DNA of 64,000 bases from Antedon mediterranea (taxonomy: Eukaryota; Animalia; Echinodermata): NCBI RefSeq assembly GCF_964355755.1, contig NC_092673.1, forward strand, positions 13,240,948 through 13,304,947. Direction: 5' to 3'. The notes under the pieces were generated by a model. That model did not search any database, was not told where the DNA came from, and worked only from the letters and a program-made list of their open reading frames with translations. A program made the translations under genes and the position numbers. Each line of letters opens with the position of its first letter. The stretch's first letter is position 1. Of the stretch, positions 39,220-52,899 are shown piece after piece.

Positions 39220-40061
39220 AGGTCAGGTATATTTATTTTCATTTTCCTGATATCGTCTTCTGTCGTGATAAGAGAACGGTATTCATTTGTTGTGTTTAAT
39301 TGAATGTAGCTGAAAAACAGGTAACCACAGGTAACGGTGAAATATGTCAAACAGTGGAAAGCATGACGTTATTGTTACTGGAGCTGGCATAAGTGGCTTA
39401 GCTGCTGCCAAATTTCTTCATGAGCAAGGGTTAAATGTTCTGTACATACACCCTGAAGGAATCCAAAACGAAGTATGTCGATGTAGGTGGGTCCTACATT
39501 GGCCTAACACAGAACAGAATCATACGTCTCGGTAAGGAACTTGGGGTTGGTAACTACAAGGTAAACGAAGAAGAAAAAAGTATATTGCTGCTGAAGGACA
39601 AAGTACGGACCTTTCGAGGGTCTTTGCCAAGTATCCACAACCCATTTTTGGTCATGGACTACATCAGTAACTGGAGGTTATTTGATAAACTTGCAAAAGA
39701 GATTCCATTGGAGACACCATGGAAGTGTGAACATGCACTGGAATATGATAATCTGAGTGTAGAGAATTGGATGGATAAAAACTGTTGGTGTAGCTTTACT
39801 AAGGAAGTGACGACGATGTTTGTACGATTGGCCTTTGCAACAGAGCCTAGGGACCTGTCATTTCTGTGGTATATTAAGTGTGGTGGAGGTCTTCTTCGCT
39901 TCATCAGTAGGTTTATGTAGGTCAGGTATATTTATTTTCATTTTCCTGATATCGTCTTCTGTCGTGATAAGAGAACGGTATTCATTTGTTGTGTTTAATT
40001 GAATGTAGCTGTAAAACAGGTAAAAACAGGTAACGGTGAAATATGTCAAACAGTGGAAAGC
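39220..40061 (+). repeat. 143-bp direct repeat (39220-39362 and 39919-40061) covering the MAO upstream sequence and start codon
   Basis: AGGTCAGGTATATTT...ATGTCAAACAGTGGAAAGC occurs twice, with a few mismatches. Confidence 0.92.
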
Positions 40062-40553
40062 GGACAAGAAAGGAAAATGATTGGAGGATCACAACTAATT
40101 AGTCAAAAGATTGTCAAAACATTAGGCAATCGTGTTCTTTTATACTGTAAAGCGTTCAATTCTGAGTTGATTACATTGAACAACTGGATGGAGGAGGAGT
40201 TTTCAGGAGGCTGTTACATGGGTGCCACGCCACCAGGGGTTCTAACTTCATACGGAAAGGTTTGACACAAGCCTGTTGATAGGGTATATTTTGCTGGAAC
40301 AGAAACCGCCACTGCATGGTCAGGCTACATAAAGGGTGCTGTTCAAGCAGGTGAACGTGCAGCTCGTGAGATCTTACATGCTGTTGGTAAGATAAAAGCT
40401 GACCAAATATGGGTAGATGAACCGCAGTCAAAGGAGATTCCAGCTTTACCTTTTGAAACAAGTGTCGTAGAGAACATGATTCCATCTATTCCGGGTTTTC
40501 TGAAGTTCTGTACTGCGACAACTTCCGTGGCTATATTTACCGAGACAAGATAA
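39344..40553 (+). pseudogene. MAO: Intronless monoamine oxidase (MAO A/B family) retrocopy with deletions and an internal duplication
   Basis: DVIVTGAGISGLAAAK; YVDVGGSYIG.TQNRI; FLWYIK.GGG; GQERK..GGSQ.IS; NW.EEEFSGGCY; [30 protein letters not shown]. No introns. Confidence 0.92.
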
Positions 40554-40680
40554 TTGATGCTTTTAAATAAAGCATAGAGATAATTTCTCTTTGAGTGAAG
40601 TAGGAAATAGAAATAGATAGAAATTTATTAGAAATCGAACTTGGTATATTAGGTATGTGATAATACAGTAATTTTAACAT

Positions 40681-40699
40681 ATGCCCGGGTCTTCCACCA
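40681..40699 (-). promoter_or_regulatory. Primer-binding site (tRNA-Ala-like)
   Basis: Minus strand TGGTGGAAGACCCGGGCAT directly abuts the LTR end CA. It resembles the complement of a tRNA-Ala 3' end. Confidence 0.65.
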
Positions 40700-41052
40700 T
40701 GTAATATATTGTGTGTTGTGAGGTTTCTGACTTGTAATGAAGACTCTATTCGCTTGACTGTAGTAACACATATATTGTTTATTCAATAATACTTGATGAT
40801 ACAATAATAATACAGTACAATATACAACTATAAGGAACAGAGGATCAGTGATGCTGTCGGTGAGATGCGAGTGTAGGTGTTCTTCTGGAGAAGTGGCTGT
40901 GAGGTGTGTCTGGGCTCTTCTGAAACTTGGGGGTATATTGGCTCAGTTCATTAGCATATGTCAATTACGTAATCTTAGAGGTTACTGATTGGTCCTAAGT
41001 TGATCCAGGTGTATTTAAGTGGGAGTGATTGATCTTATCTGGGGAGGTTACA
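40700..41052 (-). mobile_element. 5' LTR of a minus-strand LTR retrotransposon
   Basis: TGTAA...TTACA termini. AATAAA on the minus strand (40778-40783). Immediately followed by a PBS. Confidence 0.75.
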
Positions 41053-41439
41053 ATGATAAATTGGCCCTGTCGAATCTTTTACTTTTACTTACTTTTACTT
41101 TTGGTATTTAATTATGAACTAAATAGATTAAATGTACTTTTGAAACATCTGGACAAACTCTCCTCGGGACTTTCTGGGCCAAGTTTGTGAACTTATTTGA
41201 ATTCTAATACAAAGGTTGATTTCTTAATTATAAAGGTATATCATTATATAAACAATCAACATTTCAAAGAAACCAACATTCTTTTGTTCGCGTCGCGAAA
41301 ATTAACTTTTGCAACAAGATGTACAAAGTTTCTTTGTAAGCAATTAATATTATTATGTAACTCATTCAACATGCCTTCCAAGGTGGAGCTGGAGATCTGA
41401 TGGAGGCTGTCCAAAGCTATAGATACAAAAACATAAAGT

Positions 41440-44400
41440 CTTACAGAAATTGAAAGAGAGAAAAAAAATGCATGATGCATTAAAGAAAAGCCAGGGTGGA
41501 ATTGGCTTCCTCCTTCAACAAAGCATCAAAATTATTAATGATAACCTATTTGACTCAAAGTCAGATGATCTAGAAAGACTTTGGATTAAAGTTCAATTAA
41601 CCAGTAATACCGATTCTATATATTCCTTATGTGTAGTATACTTTCCTTGTGAAGGTACAAATAGACAATTATCATCTGAGCTCTATTCGCAACTACTATC
41701 AGAGATACTTTCAATCCAAAACCAAGACCAAAATTCAAAATTAATTGTACTAGGAATCCTTCAATGGTAAAATTGGCAATAACATTTTACAAGGAGATGT
41801 GTTACTAAACAATAATGGTAAAGGCCTGTTGAATTTAAGCGAGGACAGTAATCTTATTATATTAAACAGTAGCACAAAATGTAGTGGTAAATTTACCTGG
41901 GTAAACGGTAACTCATGCAGCATTTTAGACTACATTCTAGTATCAGAAAGAAACTTAGGAAGTGACCACAATGTACTATTGTTAGAACTAATTGGTGATA
42001 GTAATTTAGAAATAAACAATAAGAAACAAAAGGTGATTAAAAACAATAAAGTTACTTGGAATATAGATAAAAATACTGACTGGGAACCTTTCAGGAAAGA
42101 AATTAAAACAAATTTGAAAACTGGGACACCTCAAATTTAAACGCAAATGAAGCATGGAGGATATGGAAAAATAATTTAATTACGGTAGCAGAAACCACAT
42201 TGGGTCATAAGAATAATAATAAAAAACGTAATTGTTGGTATGATGAAGAAATTGACAGTTGTATCAAAAAAAGGAAAGATGCTTGTAGATCCCATAGAAT
42301 CTACCAAAAAACGAAAAATAATAATACATTTAAACAAGAGGTATGCGATTCTCTATGGGATGATTACCAAGAAATAAGAAAACAATGCAAATCACTAACA
42401 AAACAAAAAATATTACAAAAGAAAGTACATAGATGTTCCGAAATTATGAATAAAGGGGGGTCTCAATGCAAAGATTTTTGGTCCGAGCTGAAAGATAAAA
42501 CACCCGTAGTCACACCTAATTCTATCTTTATTCCAGGTACAAAAAATGTTACTTTTGATAGAAATTGTATTAAAGACTCATTAAAAACTTACTTTAGTAG
42601 TATTAATAAACATAAATTAAGTACTAACAATAATTACCTTTATCATGAACCTCTATTACGACATACCATTGGTATATGCTATATCAAAATGTAAAAATAA
42701 TAAGAGTCCTGGTGATGACTCAATAACCAATGAGCTATTGAAAAATGGAGGTTCAGAAATTGTAGAAGCATTATATAAGTTATTTAAGAAATTATCTACA
42801 CTTGAAACTATACCCGAGGAATGGAACATTGGTAAGATTATACCAATACATAAAAAGGGTGATCGCAAAGAGTTAAGTAATTACAGAGGCATAACCTTAA
42901 ACTCTACTGTATCTAAAATATATAATAAACTTATTTCTCAAGCAGTGTCAAACTTCATTGAAGAACATAATTTGTTATCGGAAGTTCAGGGTGGGTTTAG
43001 GAAAGATAAAAGGTGTGAAGACCATATTTTTATATTAAAAATTATAATTGCTTGTCGCCAAGCGGAAGGGAAAAAGACATTTCTTGCATTTATGGACTTC
43101 AGCAAAGCGTTTGACACTGTTTGGCGAGATGGGTTGTTTTATGCATGTAAAAACATGGGTATTAATGGAAAAATCTCCTTTGGTGAATATGAAACTGACA
43201 TCTTCAACATTGATGAAGGTGTCAAACAAGGCTGTCCACTCTCTCCTATTCTATTTAATATATACATAAATGAACTTAACAAAATTATTAAGGACAGAGA
43301 TTTAGGCATTAATATATTTGATAAAAATACCTAGGCATGCACATATCAAGACATTTAAAAGATACATGCCATATAGATGAAACGATGAAAAAAGGAAGCA
43401 GAATTATTGCATATATAAAATCAATCATAAATGAACAAAATGATTTCAATAGAATTATGTATGGTAATATACTTTGGAAAGGCATTGGAATACCAAGTAT
43501 AATGCATGCAGTATTTGGTTTTGTGAAAGCAAAACATCTATCCAAAAAATTGAAAATATGCAATATCAAATGGCTAAATATCTTTTAAAAGCACCAAGGT
43601 ATGTTGCAAAGGAAGCCCTTTATGGTGAACTTGGATGGCAATCGATTGAGTCCATACTATCGGATAGAGGAATATCCTACTTCAAAAGATTGAAAAACAT
43701 GGACGAAGGTCGTTTACCAAAAGTTCTGCTAAGAGCGCTCTTTGCACTTGAAAACACTTTAAATTGGAATTGGCTACATAATATAAAATCTATTTTAATC
43801 AACTGTGATATACAAAAACATTTTAACTTAGAATATGCTAATAATTGGCTTAAAGGTTTCAAAGAAAAAAACACTATAAGAGATAAGATGAAATGGCTTG
43901 AGAATGCTAAGAATAAACCATCACTAAGTAATTATATAAGGTATAAAAATGAACCAAAACTAGAAAAATACTTATTAGATAAGTGTAACTACCATGCTTC
44001 AAACCTAAAATTTAAAATTCGCTCCAATTCTCTACCACTTGAAGGTAGAAAAGAAGCATGGTCATCTCAAAATGCAGGTATATGTTTATTGTGCAATTGT
44101 AATGAAAAGGAAACTGTATATCATTTCGTATTTGAATGCAAACGACTTGAGTACGTTAGACATCCAATACTCATGAACCTTAAAGATGAGCTAAACAACA
44201 ATAATCTATCCATGTTCTGGGAATTGTTTACTACTAGCTCTCTAAATCTTAAATACCACTTATTCTTCGACGATCTTGAAATCCATAATGAATTTAAAAT
44301 TACACCAAATCAATTGACCCATGATGTATACGAATTAGCAAGTATTATTTTCGACAAACATTGTAAAATTTTTCTGACCATGGCTTGGAACACACGAAAT

Positions 44401-44634
44401 GATATATATAATACAATTCCTTCTCAAATTTAATTTATTCATTTTCTTAGTATTTAATCTGTCTCAGTTTTCTTAAATTTTTTGTTGTTGTTATTTTGTT
44501 CTTATGTCTAATTTCTTGTTTTGTATTTATATTTAAGTGTGTATGTATTATTTTTCACTGTAAACTTGTTGCACATCTCATTGAGACTGTGCCTCTGATT
44601 TAAAAGAGATACAATAAAAGTTCAGTTCAGTTCA
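41440..44634 (+). mobile_element. RTEX-like LINE, degenerate ORF2 (endonuclease, RT, CCHC)
   Basis: GGIGFL, SILDYILV, GSDHN, NYRGITL, FMDFSKAFDTVWR, GVKQGCPLSPILFNIY, YGELG, CLLC..ETVYHFVFEC. AATAAAA(GTTCA)3 tail. The YADD region is deleted at about 43325. Confidence 0.85.
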
Positions 44635-45699
44635 TGAGCGGCAGTCGCCCTGGCAATAAATAAAACCGCAGAATAATGCCAGCACATATACAACACACCT
44701 GAGGACAGTGTTATTTATTTTTATTTGTTTGCACAATAAATATAATAATAATAGGGCTTTAAAAACCTTGGCGACTGCTTTGTTTGGATGTAATCCATTA
44801 AAAAATATTCTACTGCAGTAATTGCATTTTTTTACTTTTTTGGTAATCAATATGTATTTATAATGACAGTCTCATAAATTCTAAATTTCTACATTGAAAC
44901 CGTCGAAGTAATTCTTAACTGCAGTAAATAAATAAACATACTGCAGTTACTGCAGTAGAATAATTTACTATACAGGAAATACCTCAGAAAATTTGATGTT
45001 TAAGATCATATTCATAGTAAAAGTACCGGTACTGTATTAACGAAATTAAGATGATTCATTTTGATTGATATACAAACATCAGTTCTACCATTAAGATCAT
45101 TGCAATTTTAAAAAAAATACTAATTGATTGGAATTACTAATATAAATATAACATATTGCTTTATTATGCCAGGCATTTAAAACAGGCTAGTCTGGGTTCC
45201 AGACGGAGTTTTGTCTTAATATTAGTAAAAAGATAAACATTTTTGCACATATGGCATTTCATACATATACTATTTGATTTTGGATACTCCATCTGGGAAA
45301 ACACGCACAAGTCACATGGTTTGACACCAAGAATTCTTGGTGCATAGATGATCCGGTTGACTAGTTTCAGCTGCATGCGATTGGCTACTCACTCATACAT
45401 CGTTTCAATATTCATATTTCAGAATTTCAAAGATTCGCATGCGCTATGTTACGTTTAGACAATGTGTACTTGGGTACGTACATTGATGAAAGTTTCTGAA
45501 GGCTAGAAATGATTATTGCACGTCCATAAATAAGAGTATTATATTTTAATATGACTTGTACACTCCCTGATTAGAACATTATTATATTGAAACTACTGTG
45601 CATTTGTAGAGTATGTACAACATCATAAAGTGGGCTCAAATGACAGTAGTAAATACATACACATTACGTCGTAACTCTTGTCGCTCGTTGTTGTTTGTA

Positions 45700-47060
45700 T
45701 AGGTCAAGCAAATGGCAGTCCAACGCTTAAAAGACTCAGTATTACAAATTGTGGAAGACGTCATGACTGACCACTGCGACATAAATAATCCAGAAGGATT
45801 GCGTCCCAACGTGCACACGCTTGTGAGAACTGCAAACAGAAAACAGGAATTTTAAGGTAAGGGTACATTAAATAAACGTCATTTTTATATGCAAGTCATA
45901 ACGTTTGAATACTCGTGACTATTGTCATTAAGTTAAATTTTTTTTTTTTCATTTACAGATCAACTATGAATTTTTGCTGGAGGAATTCATCCAGTCGGAC
46001 GTCTCTATGGATAACGGTAATCGGCACATTTTAATGGCCACACCACAGCTGGCGTTATTGGCTAGAGCCAAAGTTTGGTACATGGATGCCAGCCACATTT
46101 AAGGTATGCATAACGCTGTTTATTTTCAGGTTTACCTCCTGGTTAAGCGATTCTCCACATCATCTCCTCATCATACAAAAACCTGCTTGCAAAGAAGTTT
46201 TGTTTCGATTTAATCAAATATTTTACTTATTTTTGCTCATAGGGTTCTTATTAAGACAATACATACATCCGCAAGGTGATGGCTCTATGCTATCTTCCCG
46301 CTGAAGAGATTTACTTTACAGACAGTGAAATTAACACTTGCATAAGGAAATATAACCTACTGATATCTGACTACCATAGAAATCAAAAGGAAACAAATGG
46401 ATATTTCAGCCAAGCTCCAGAAAAAAAGCCAAATAGTAAGGACGCTGAAACACAAACCATGCCATGCTCACTAGAGGAACAAATATCTAATCTTGAGTCC
46501 AAAATAAATGTGCTTGTATCAAAATTCCAAGAAAGTACTACTTCTACTACATTTGAGCCTCAAATAAACTCCACAGAAATAATCCAACAATCCACTCCAT
46601 TGAGAGATGTGCCTGTTATAAACACACAAAATCGCTTTAGTTTTCTTGCAGTAGAAGAAAGTCTAAATGATGACGCTACAGATGAACCAAAATGTGATTA
46701 CCTAAAAGTAAATAGCTTGGATATAACCTAGTACGACAAAGAACAGTCTATGCCTTTACAAACCCCAAAACCACAAGAACCCAAAGAAACTTTGATCATA
46801 GGCGACTCAATGCTGAAACAAGAGGGCTGTGGAATACAAATGTAAAAACACTGCGAGGTTATACAGTAAAAGAATCATCAGCCAGCCCTAAAAGAAATTG
46901 ATATGAGCCTACTATTATTAAGCCCAATGGAACATGGACCCCAGGACAAGTCCGCCTACTACTGGATATCCGGGGTGAGGCTGCCGTCAATATCATGGTA
47001 AATGGTACGAGTAGGGATCGTCGTTCCTACGACAAGGTAGCAGAGAGACTAAAGGTCAGT
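45700..47060 (+). pseudogene. MULE/Mutator transposase fragments with introns
   Basis: LVRTANR; RHILMATPQLALLARAKVWYMDATFK; VMALCYLPAE. Confidence 0.65.
46310..46900 (+). pseudogene. LINE ORF1 fragment (coiled coil plus SGNH/esterase start) interrupting the MULE relic
   Basis: ISNLESKI, NTQNRFSFLAVEE, TLIIGDSMLK. Confidence 0.55.
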
Positions 47061-47759
47061 TTGAAATGCCATAAAGGCCTATGCCTAGGCCTAACTAATT
47101 AATACAATAGACCTAGTAAATACTGTAGGTAATAAATAATTACACTGACCTACTTTATTGTTATTCATGCAGCTGATTATACAATATAGTGTATAAACTA
47201 ACTATGAATATTATGATCAGTGCCAGGCAATGTGGGGAAATTCAGCATTAGCTAAACCTGTAAATATAGTAAGTGCTGTACATAGAGATCAAGAGTCATC
47301 ATTTGTAAATAAAAAATGCCATTTGGTAAATGATAAAATACAATATTGTTAAAGAGGTACAGTATTGTTCCACAAAAACATGGAAAATGAGGATTAAAAA
47401 AAAACTTTGAATAGGCCATTTTGCAGTTTCAATAAAGTAAAATCATTTTTGTAGAAAGAAAATTGGATAAATTCAACAAAAATGTGACTATTTTTTTTTT
47501 AAATGACAGATTTTTATGAAAAAAATTTATTTTTCCGATCCGAATTTTTTTTTCAGGGGGAAAATTTATTTTTTAAATAACTATGTTGTATTTTTATAAT
47601 ATTAATATAAAAAAAAAATTTGCATATACCCTTTGGCAGTGAAACTTGATGGGCTAATGCCTATTCCAAACATATTAATTTAATTGGGAATCTTTATTAT
47701 TCCTGTGTATGACATATAGTAGAATGAAATAAAATATCAATCACTAAAGAGATAGATAC

Positions 47760-48150
47760 AATACAGTATATTCAGTTGGCGTTGCCAACCACCAAAGAGT
47801 GATTCCAACTCGTTCATGAAATGGGATTGATCGCTGGTAATTTGTGTTGCTCTTCTTTATCTCGGGCCTCAATAACTCACATAAATTATTAAATTTATCC
47901 AGACACAAGCGAAAATGCGAACGAAAAATTTGATTATTATAATGATTGACTTCATAAGTCCAAAATAAACGTCCGTACTCTCTGTTTCGAGCCCATAGGC
48001 CTCGCTTGATCGTTGAAGATCTGACGGCCGCCGCGATCAAGTGGCCAGTGATGGTTCGTTGCTGCAGCCTAGAAAATCTCTCACAACGATGGACGCGTCC
48101 TCTTCTGAAATTTGAATTGCTTTCATTAGAGAAAAACTTAACTGTTGATT
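47760..48150 (-). pseudogene. Harbinger (HARBI1-like) transposase N-terminal fragment
   Basis: LWARNR..FRSHFRL..FNNLCELLRP..IPFHERVGITLWWLATPTEY. GCCCCTTTCACACC-type terminus near 48304-48317. Confidence 0.8.
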
Positions 48151-49714
48151 GGCGTTGTTGATTTGTAATAAAAAAAGGTAATTATTTGATAAAATGTGAT
48201 TAATTAGTAAAATTGATTTTGATCGTCCATCGTCGCGATGTAAACGAACAGAATAGAGGGCGGTATTTATATCTTTATTTAAAAAACTCTGGTGTTGCTA
48301 GGTTGGTGTGAAAGGGGCATCTCCGGAGTTTCTAGACGTTTTGAATGGTCAAAACCCCGGGGTGTCTCCGGAGATCAATTAATACGCCATCTCAGCTTAT
48401 TAAGAATATAGTTACAGAAGACAAAATAAAGAAGAAAAAAATGTCGACAAAACAAAATGTACAAATATTCAAATGTTTTTAGGTCTACGGATCACAAGGA
48501 TTTAAATGCCCTCATTCAATTAATTGAGAAAATGAACAGGATTGAGACACTCCACAAGACCTGTAAAAGACAATGTCATACCTATGCATGCAGCAGATAA
48601 TTCATAATCATACCATAGAAAAATTGGATCCCTCAATATTCTGTTTTAATTGTAGTGTAGAGTTTGATTTATGGCTTTATTTTTCAGTATAAAGAATACG
48701 GCAAAATACAAAATTAAATACAGAGAGAGTACCATAGTTTCATTAGAGCGTGACTGCTGCGCGTTCTGTAGTTTGCACCGAATTAAATTGCACTAAATAT
48801 AATATTATATGGACCACTTATATCTCGAAAACGCTTCCTATCCTGATCCATTACCTTCCATATTCGTAATCTACAGAATCTATAGAAGTTGGATGGCAAT
48901 TTTTCCCTCGTCGGGTGTTGATACTCCCCTTCCTGCCATTGGACTAAGAGGGCTGCAGGGAATTGGCATCAGATGTGCATGGAAGGAGGGCATTATGGTA
49001 TGCTGGTCATTGCTAACCCAAAATCTGATGATGGTGGGCCTGCGGCTGTTTATCCTATCCAGTACACTACCACATGTCTTTTATGATGTTTGCATGTATT
49101 GTATTGTATCATTAATCATGACGTCCTATGAGTAGGCATATAAGTGTCTTTAAAATTTTGAGCATATTGCCCAAATGGTGTAACACTAACACCTGAATAT
49201 TGTAGCATAGTCACATTGCATGATTGTCAAAGCTATTGATTGAGCTTTCAATATTTCCAAAAAGTTTGTTTTCCCTTTCTGTTATGTACTTCTTACTGTG
49301 ATCACGTTGCCACAAAGTCAGTCTTCTACTTTTATATGAATTTCCCTTTCTGTCCTATTGGATTTTAAATTTTATGCTTTTGAATTATTCTTAGATTGAA
49401 CAAAGATACTTTTAAGTATGTTGTCCAGGAACTAAGGCTGTTTATTGACAACAGTGTGACAATTTGTGCGGAGTGGAAGGTGGCCATGACACAATACAGA
49501 CTTTCATCGGGTATGTCCTTTAAAAGAACAGGAAACCAATTTAGTTGTGCCAAATCAACTGTGGATGCATACTAAACGCCTTCAGTATGCAAGTGCTTTA
49601 AAACAATACGGCACGCTGACTTATTATAATAAATTAGAATGTACAGTGATCATATGCAACACTTTTGGTATAAACAAAAAGAATAATTTGCTATTTTTTT
49701 TATTGATTACACGG

Positions 49715-51180
49715 CAGCGACGTTCTAAAAGAAACACAGCACACAGATCTACAACCGGTAATATCAGTATAGAATTGGAGAAAAAACAGTGTCAAATATT
49801 ATTGATGAGATGACTGAAGCCCTAACAATTGTTAAAGGTAAATATTATGATTTTATAAATATAGGTTGAAAAACATCTTTAAATTAAAAAAAAAGTATTG
49901 AACATTGGTTACATCATCAAAGTAGTCCGGATTCCGGTATCAAATGATGTTAAGGAATTAATTGAGGCATGTATCAGTGGTGTTGAGCATGTAATGTGCA
50001 ATTTTGCACAAAAAAATTGTGTTTATTTGTATTGACGCGCTGTAAAAGTGTGGATGCAAGGGAATTAGCGAAGTGGAATACATAAAATTTCGTAAACGTA
50101 ATTTAAAAACACAATAAGTCAGAACATTTAAAGTGATGTACAACAGAAATGTGCTGTACAATATATATGTATTATGGAAATAAATGTGGGATGAACCCAC
50201 GTAAGACAAAAAAATAATATTCATCACTGATATGTTGAACTGTGAAATTTAACATAGCTTGAAATAGTCTATAATTGACTATTTCACTTTAGCTCCACAG
50301 TTAGGTAAAACTTTTTACCTTAATGAAAACAAGCCATCATGGTAGCCAATACATGTTAAATTCATGTCACCATGCCATAGTAATAAAGGTAAGTCACTTA
50401 ATAAATGAATTGTCTAAAAATCATTTCATCGTGACGCCAACTTTTTCAATGTTTTTCCATAAAAATGGAGGAAATGGAATGTATACTTAAAAATATAAAC
50501 AATGTAAATTAACAAAAACATTTTATATATTTTTTAATGGTGAATATCATTGAAATTAAAATTATATACAGTTAATAATCAATTAATGTCTAAAATGTAT
50601 TTTTCAGTTTTTTTTGCAAAGATGAAATAAAAATAAAAATAAATTGTCAAGTGGCTCTGAACGGCGAATACCATTGAAACGTTCGGTATGGCTATCTGAG
50701 AAGATGAGGTTCATGGCACCATATGTTGCTCAACGACCAACAATGTCAAATTTGGAAATGGTAAGATTAGTATATTGCCGTGACACTGACCCATTTAAGG
50801 TAAAAAAAAATTAGCTAGATTTTGTTTTTGGACTTTAGCCTGTTGACTAATAGAACTGGTTCTTGTTGCAATTCACCAGCTATAATGCCTAACACATTTT
50901 CTTCTACCTCTATACAATTGGTGTTTATAATTTTCCACTAAAACAATTATGCAGGCAGCATGTAGCACAAAATGATAGTGCTGACCTTATCAGGTTGTAA
51001 ATGAATGTTAGTTAAGAATACTCTGAATCTGTTGGCAAGTATACCAAAGGCATTTTCCCACCCCTTATTTTAATTTACGGCGCCTATCCGATGCTACCAA
51101 AATTTATTAAGGCCGTTTTCTGGACGAAATTTAACAAGCTTTCAGACTGTAGGGTCATTGTAGAACATGCCTTTATGCGT
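49715..51180 (+). pseudogene. Harbinger transposase and Myb/SANT-partner fragments
   Basis: QYRIGEKTVSNIIDEMTEAL; WLSEKMRFMAPYVAQRPTMSNL; AYPMLP..CRVIVEHAF. Confidence 0.5.
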
Positions 51181-52134
51181 ATAATACCAAATAAGGCCAA
51201 GGTCACACTCGCTCAAATCAATTTTCGGACGGCGAAAGACTTGCCTTAGTCAAGCGTTTTACGAAATCAAAAACTACATTGTTATCACAATTAGATTCAA
51301 ATGTCACATAAAGAGAAAACAATAGGACATCATTTGTAATCATATTATTGCAATTAATTCCGGAATGCAACGAATATGTTTAATTAATACAATAAACAAA
51401 CAATAAACGTATGCATAGGTAGACTAGCCTAGGATTAGCTAGGCTAGACCATAGGGGCCTAGTTGTCACACTGGTCTAGGCTAATTTTAAATTTGTGACA
51501 GAATTAGTTCATATAGGATAAACAGTATTTAAATTAATTTTATAGGTTAAACATCCTGGAACCGGTGGTGGATATCATTTGTGACATTTAGGGAGGAATG
51601 AAAAGTGCGATGTTTATTGGAGTTTCAACAGGTGTGAAACATCTATAGAGACTGGTGAGTTATTATTATGATTAATTAAATTGTATTATATTTTTATGAG
51701 AATAAGTATTTATAAAGGTTAAAATGTTATTTTCAGGTAATGATCATCAAGAAGATGAATCAACTGATGACCAAAACGGAAAAGAAGTTTACATAACGTC
51801 AAGCTGGCCAAGTCCAAAAATTTAAAGGAACAAAATCGAAGAAATCAAACTGAATGAGGAAATAAATAAATTAAAAATTAAATTGAATTTAGAAATTGCC
51901 ATTTTAATGACACAAGTCCATGTGATCCAACAATAATCAATAATTTATACACAATCAATCATACTTTTGTACAATAGTAATTTAATAATTAAAATTAGAA
52001 GATAAATAAATCAAAATCAAATAAATTAAGAATAAAAATATTTATTTATTATTATTATGCATATTGGTACTATTATACACCTCATCATTATTTGCTGATC
52101 GTCTACATCTTAGTCTTATATCTGGGAGTTTAAG

Positions 52135-52310
52135 ATCTGTAGCTATATTATGTAACACCATCGTGGCAGCTATAACAGCACATATTCATTGGGAGGGGGG
52201 GGGGGGACATTCGGTTTTCCTCATCCTCTTCGTTTCCATATCCCTATTGTCTGTTCTACTAAACTTCTTGTTACGCATATTCAACATGCCTACGAGAAGT
52301 GTGTTGTATA
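52135..52310 (-). pseudogene. Harbinger transposase C-terminal fragment
   Basis: VEQTIGIWKRR..AVIAATMVLHNIA. Confidence 0.55.
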
Positions 52311-52899
52311 ACATCGAAGAGATTCCGTGTAATGAGATTTTAATTGCAAAAAAAGGCTACTTGGCTGAATCCTAAAATTTTGTGGATTTTGGAAGTGTCC
52401 TCAGGGTATTGTTTTGACCTCTCGTTAAATAAAAGTATGTGCTGTGAAAATGTTGACCAAATCTAGTAGATAATTGTGCCGCCTTTTTTTTATATTTTAA
52501 CCGATTTATCCTAATTCTAAAACATTTTTTTTTTCTAATTTCAAAAGCAGATTTAAAAAATCAATAACTGAATATGCAAACTTTTAAACGAAATAATCCT
52601 TTATTAAAATCCTTAATAAACTCATACCGTAGTTCATAATCCTAAGTTGTATATATACTCACATGCATTATAAATTAATATGAGTACGGTATAACACGGT
52701 ATTACTATTTTATGTAAAACTGTAAGGATTTTGTGGGGTTGACCTCGGCCCGTGCAACACGCTAAAAATTAAAGACATGTTCAAATTTAGGGTGTTGTAT
52801 AAACACAGCCTAAGCATCCCTTCCTGTTGACGTACATAAAATTCATTATCTGTTGGTGCCTGCATCCGAATGTGCGTGCCATCAACAGCTCCAACAACA

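Noticed and set aside
39344-40553. Functional MAO gene or bacterial horizontal transfer
   Set aside because: Frameshifts and large deletions remove essential parts. Motifs (SGGCY, C-terminal anchor) are of the animal MAO type.
48370-48660. Additional Chapa-finger exon (LDPSIFCFNC)
   Set aside because: Only one short motif is recognisable; insufficient to list as a feature.
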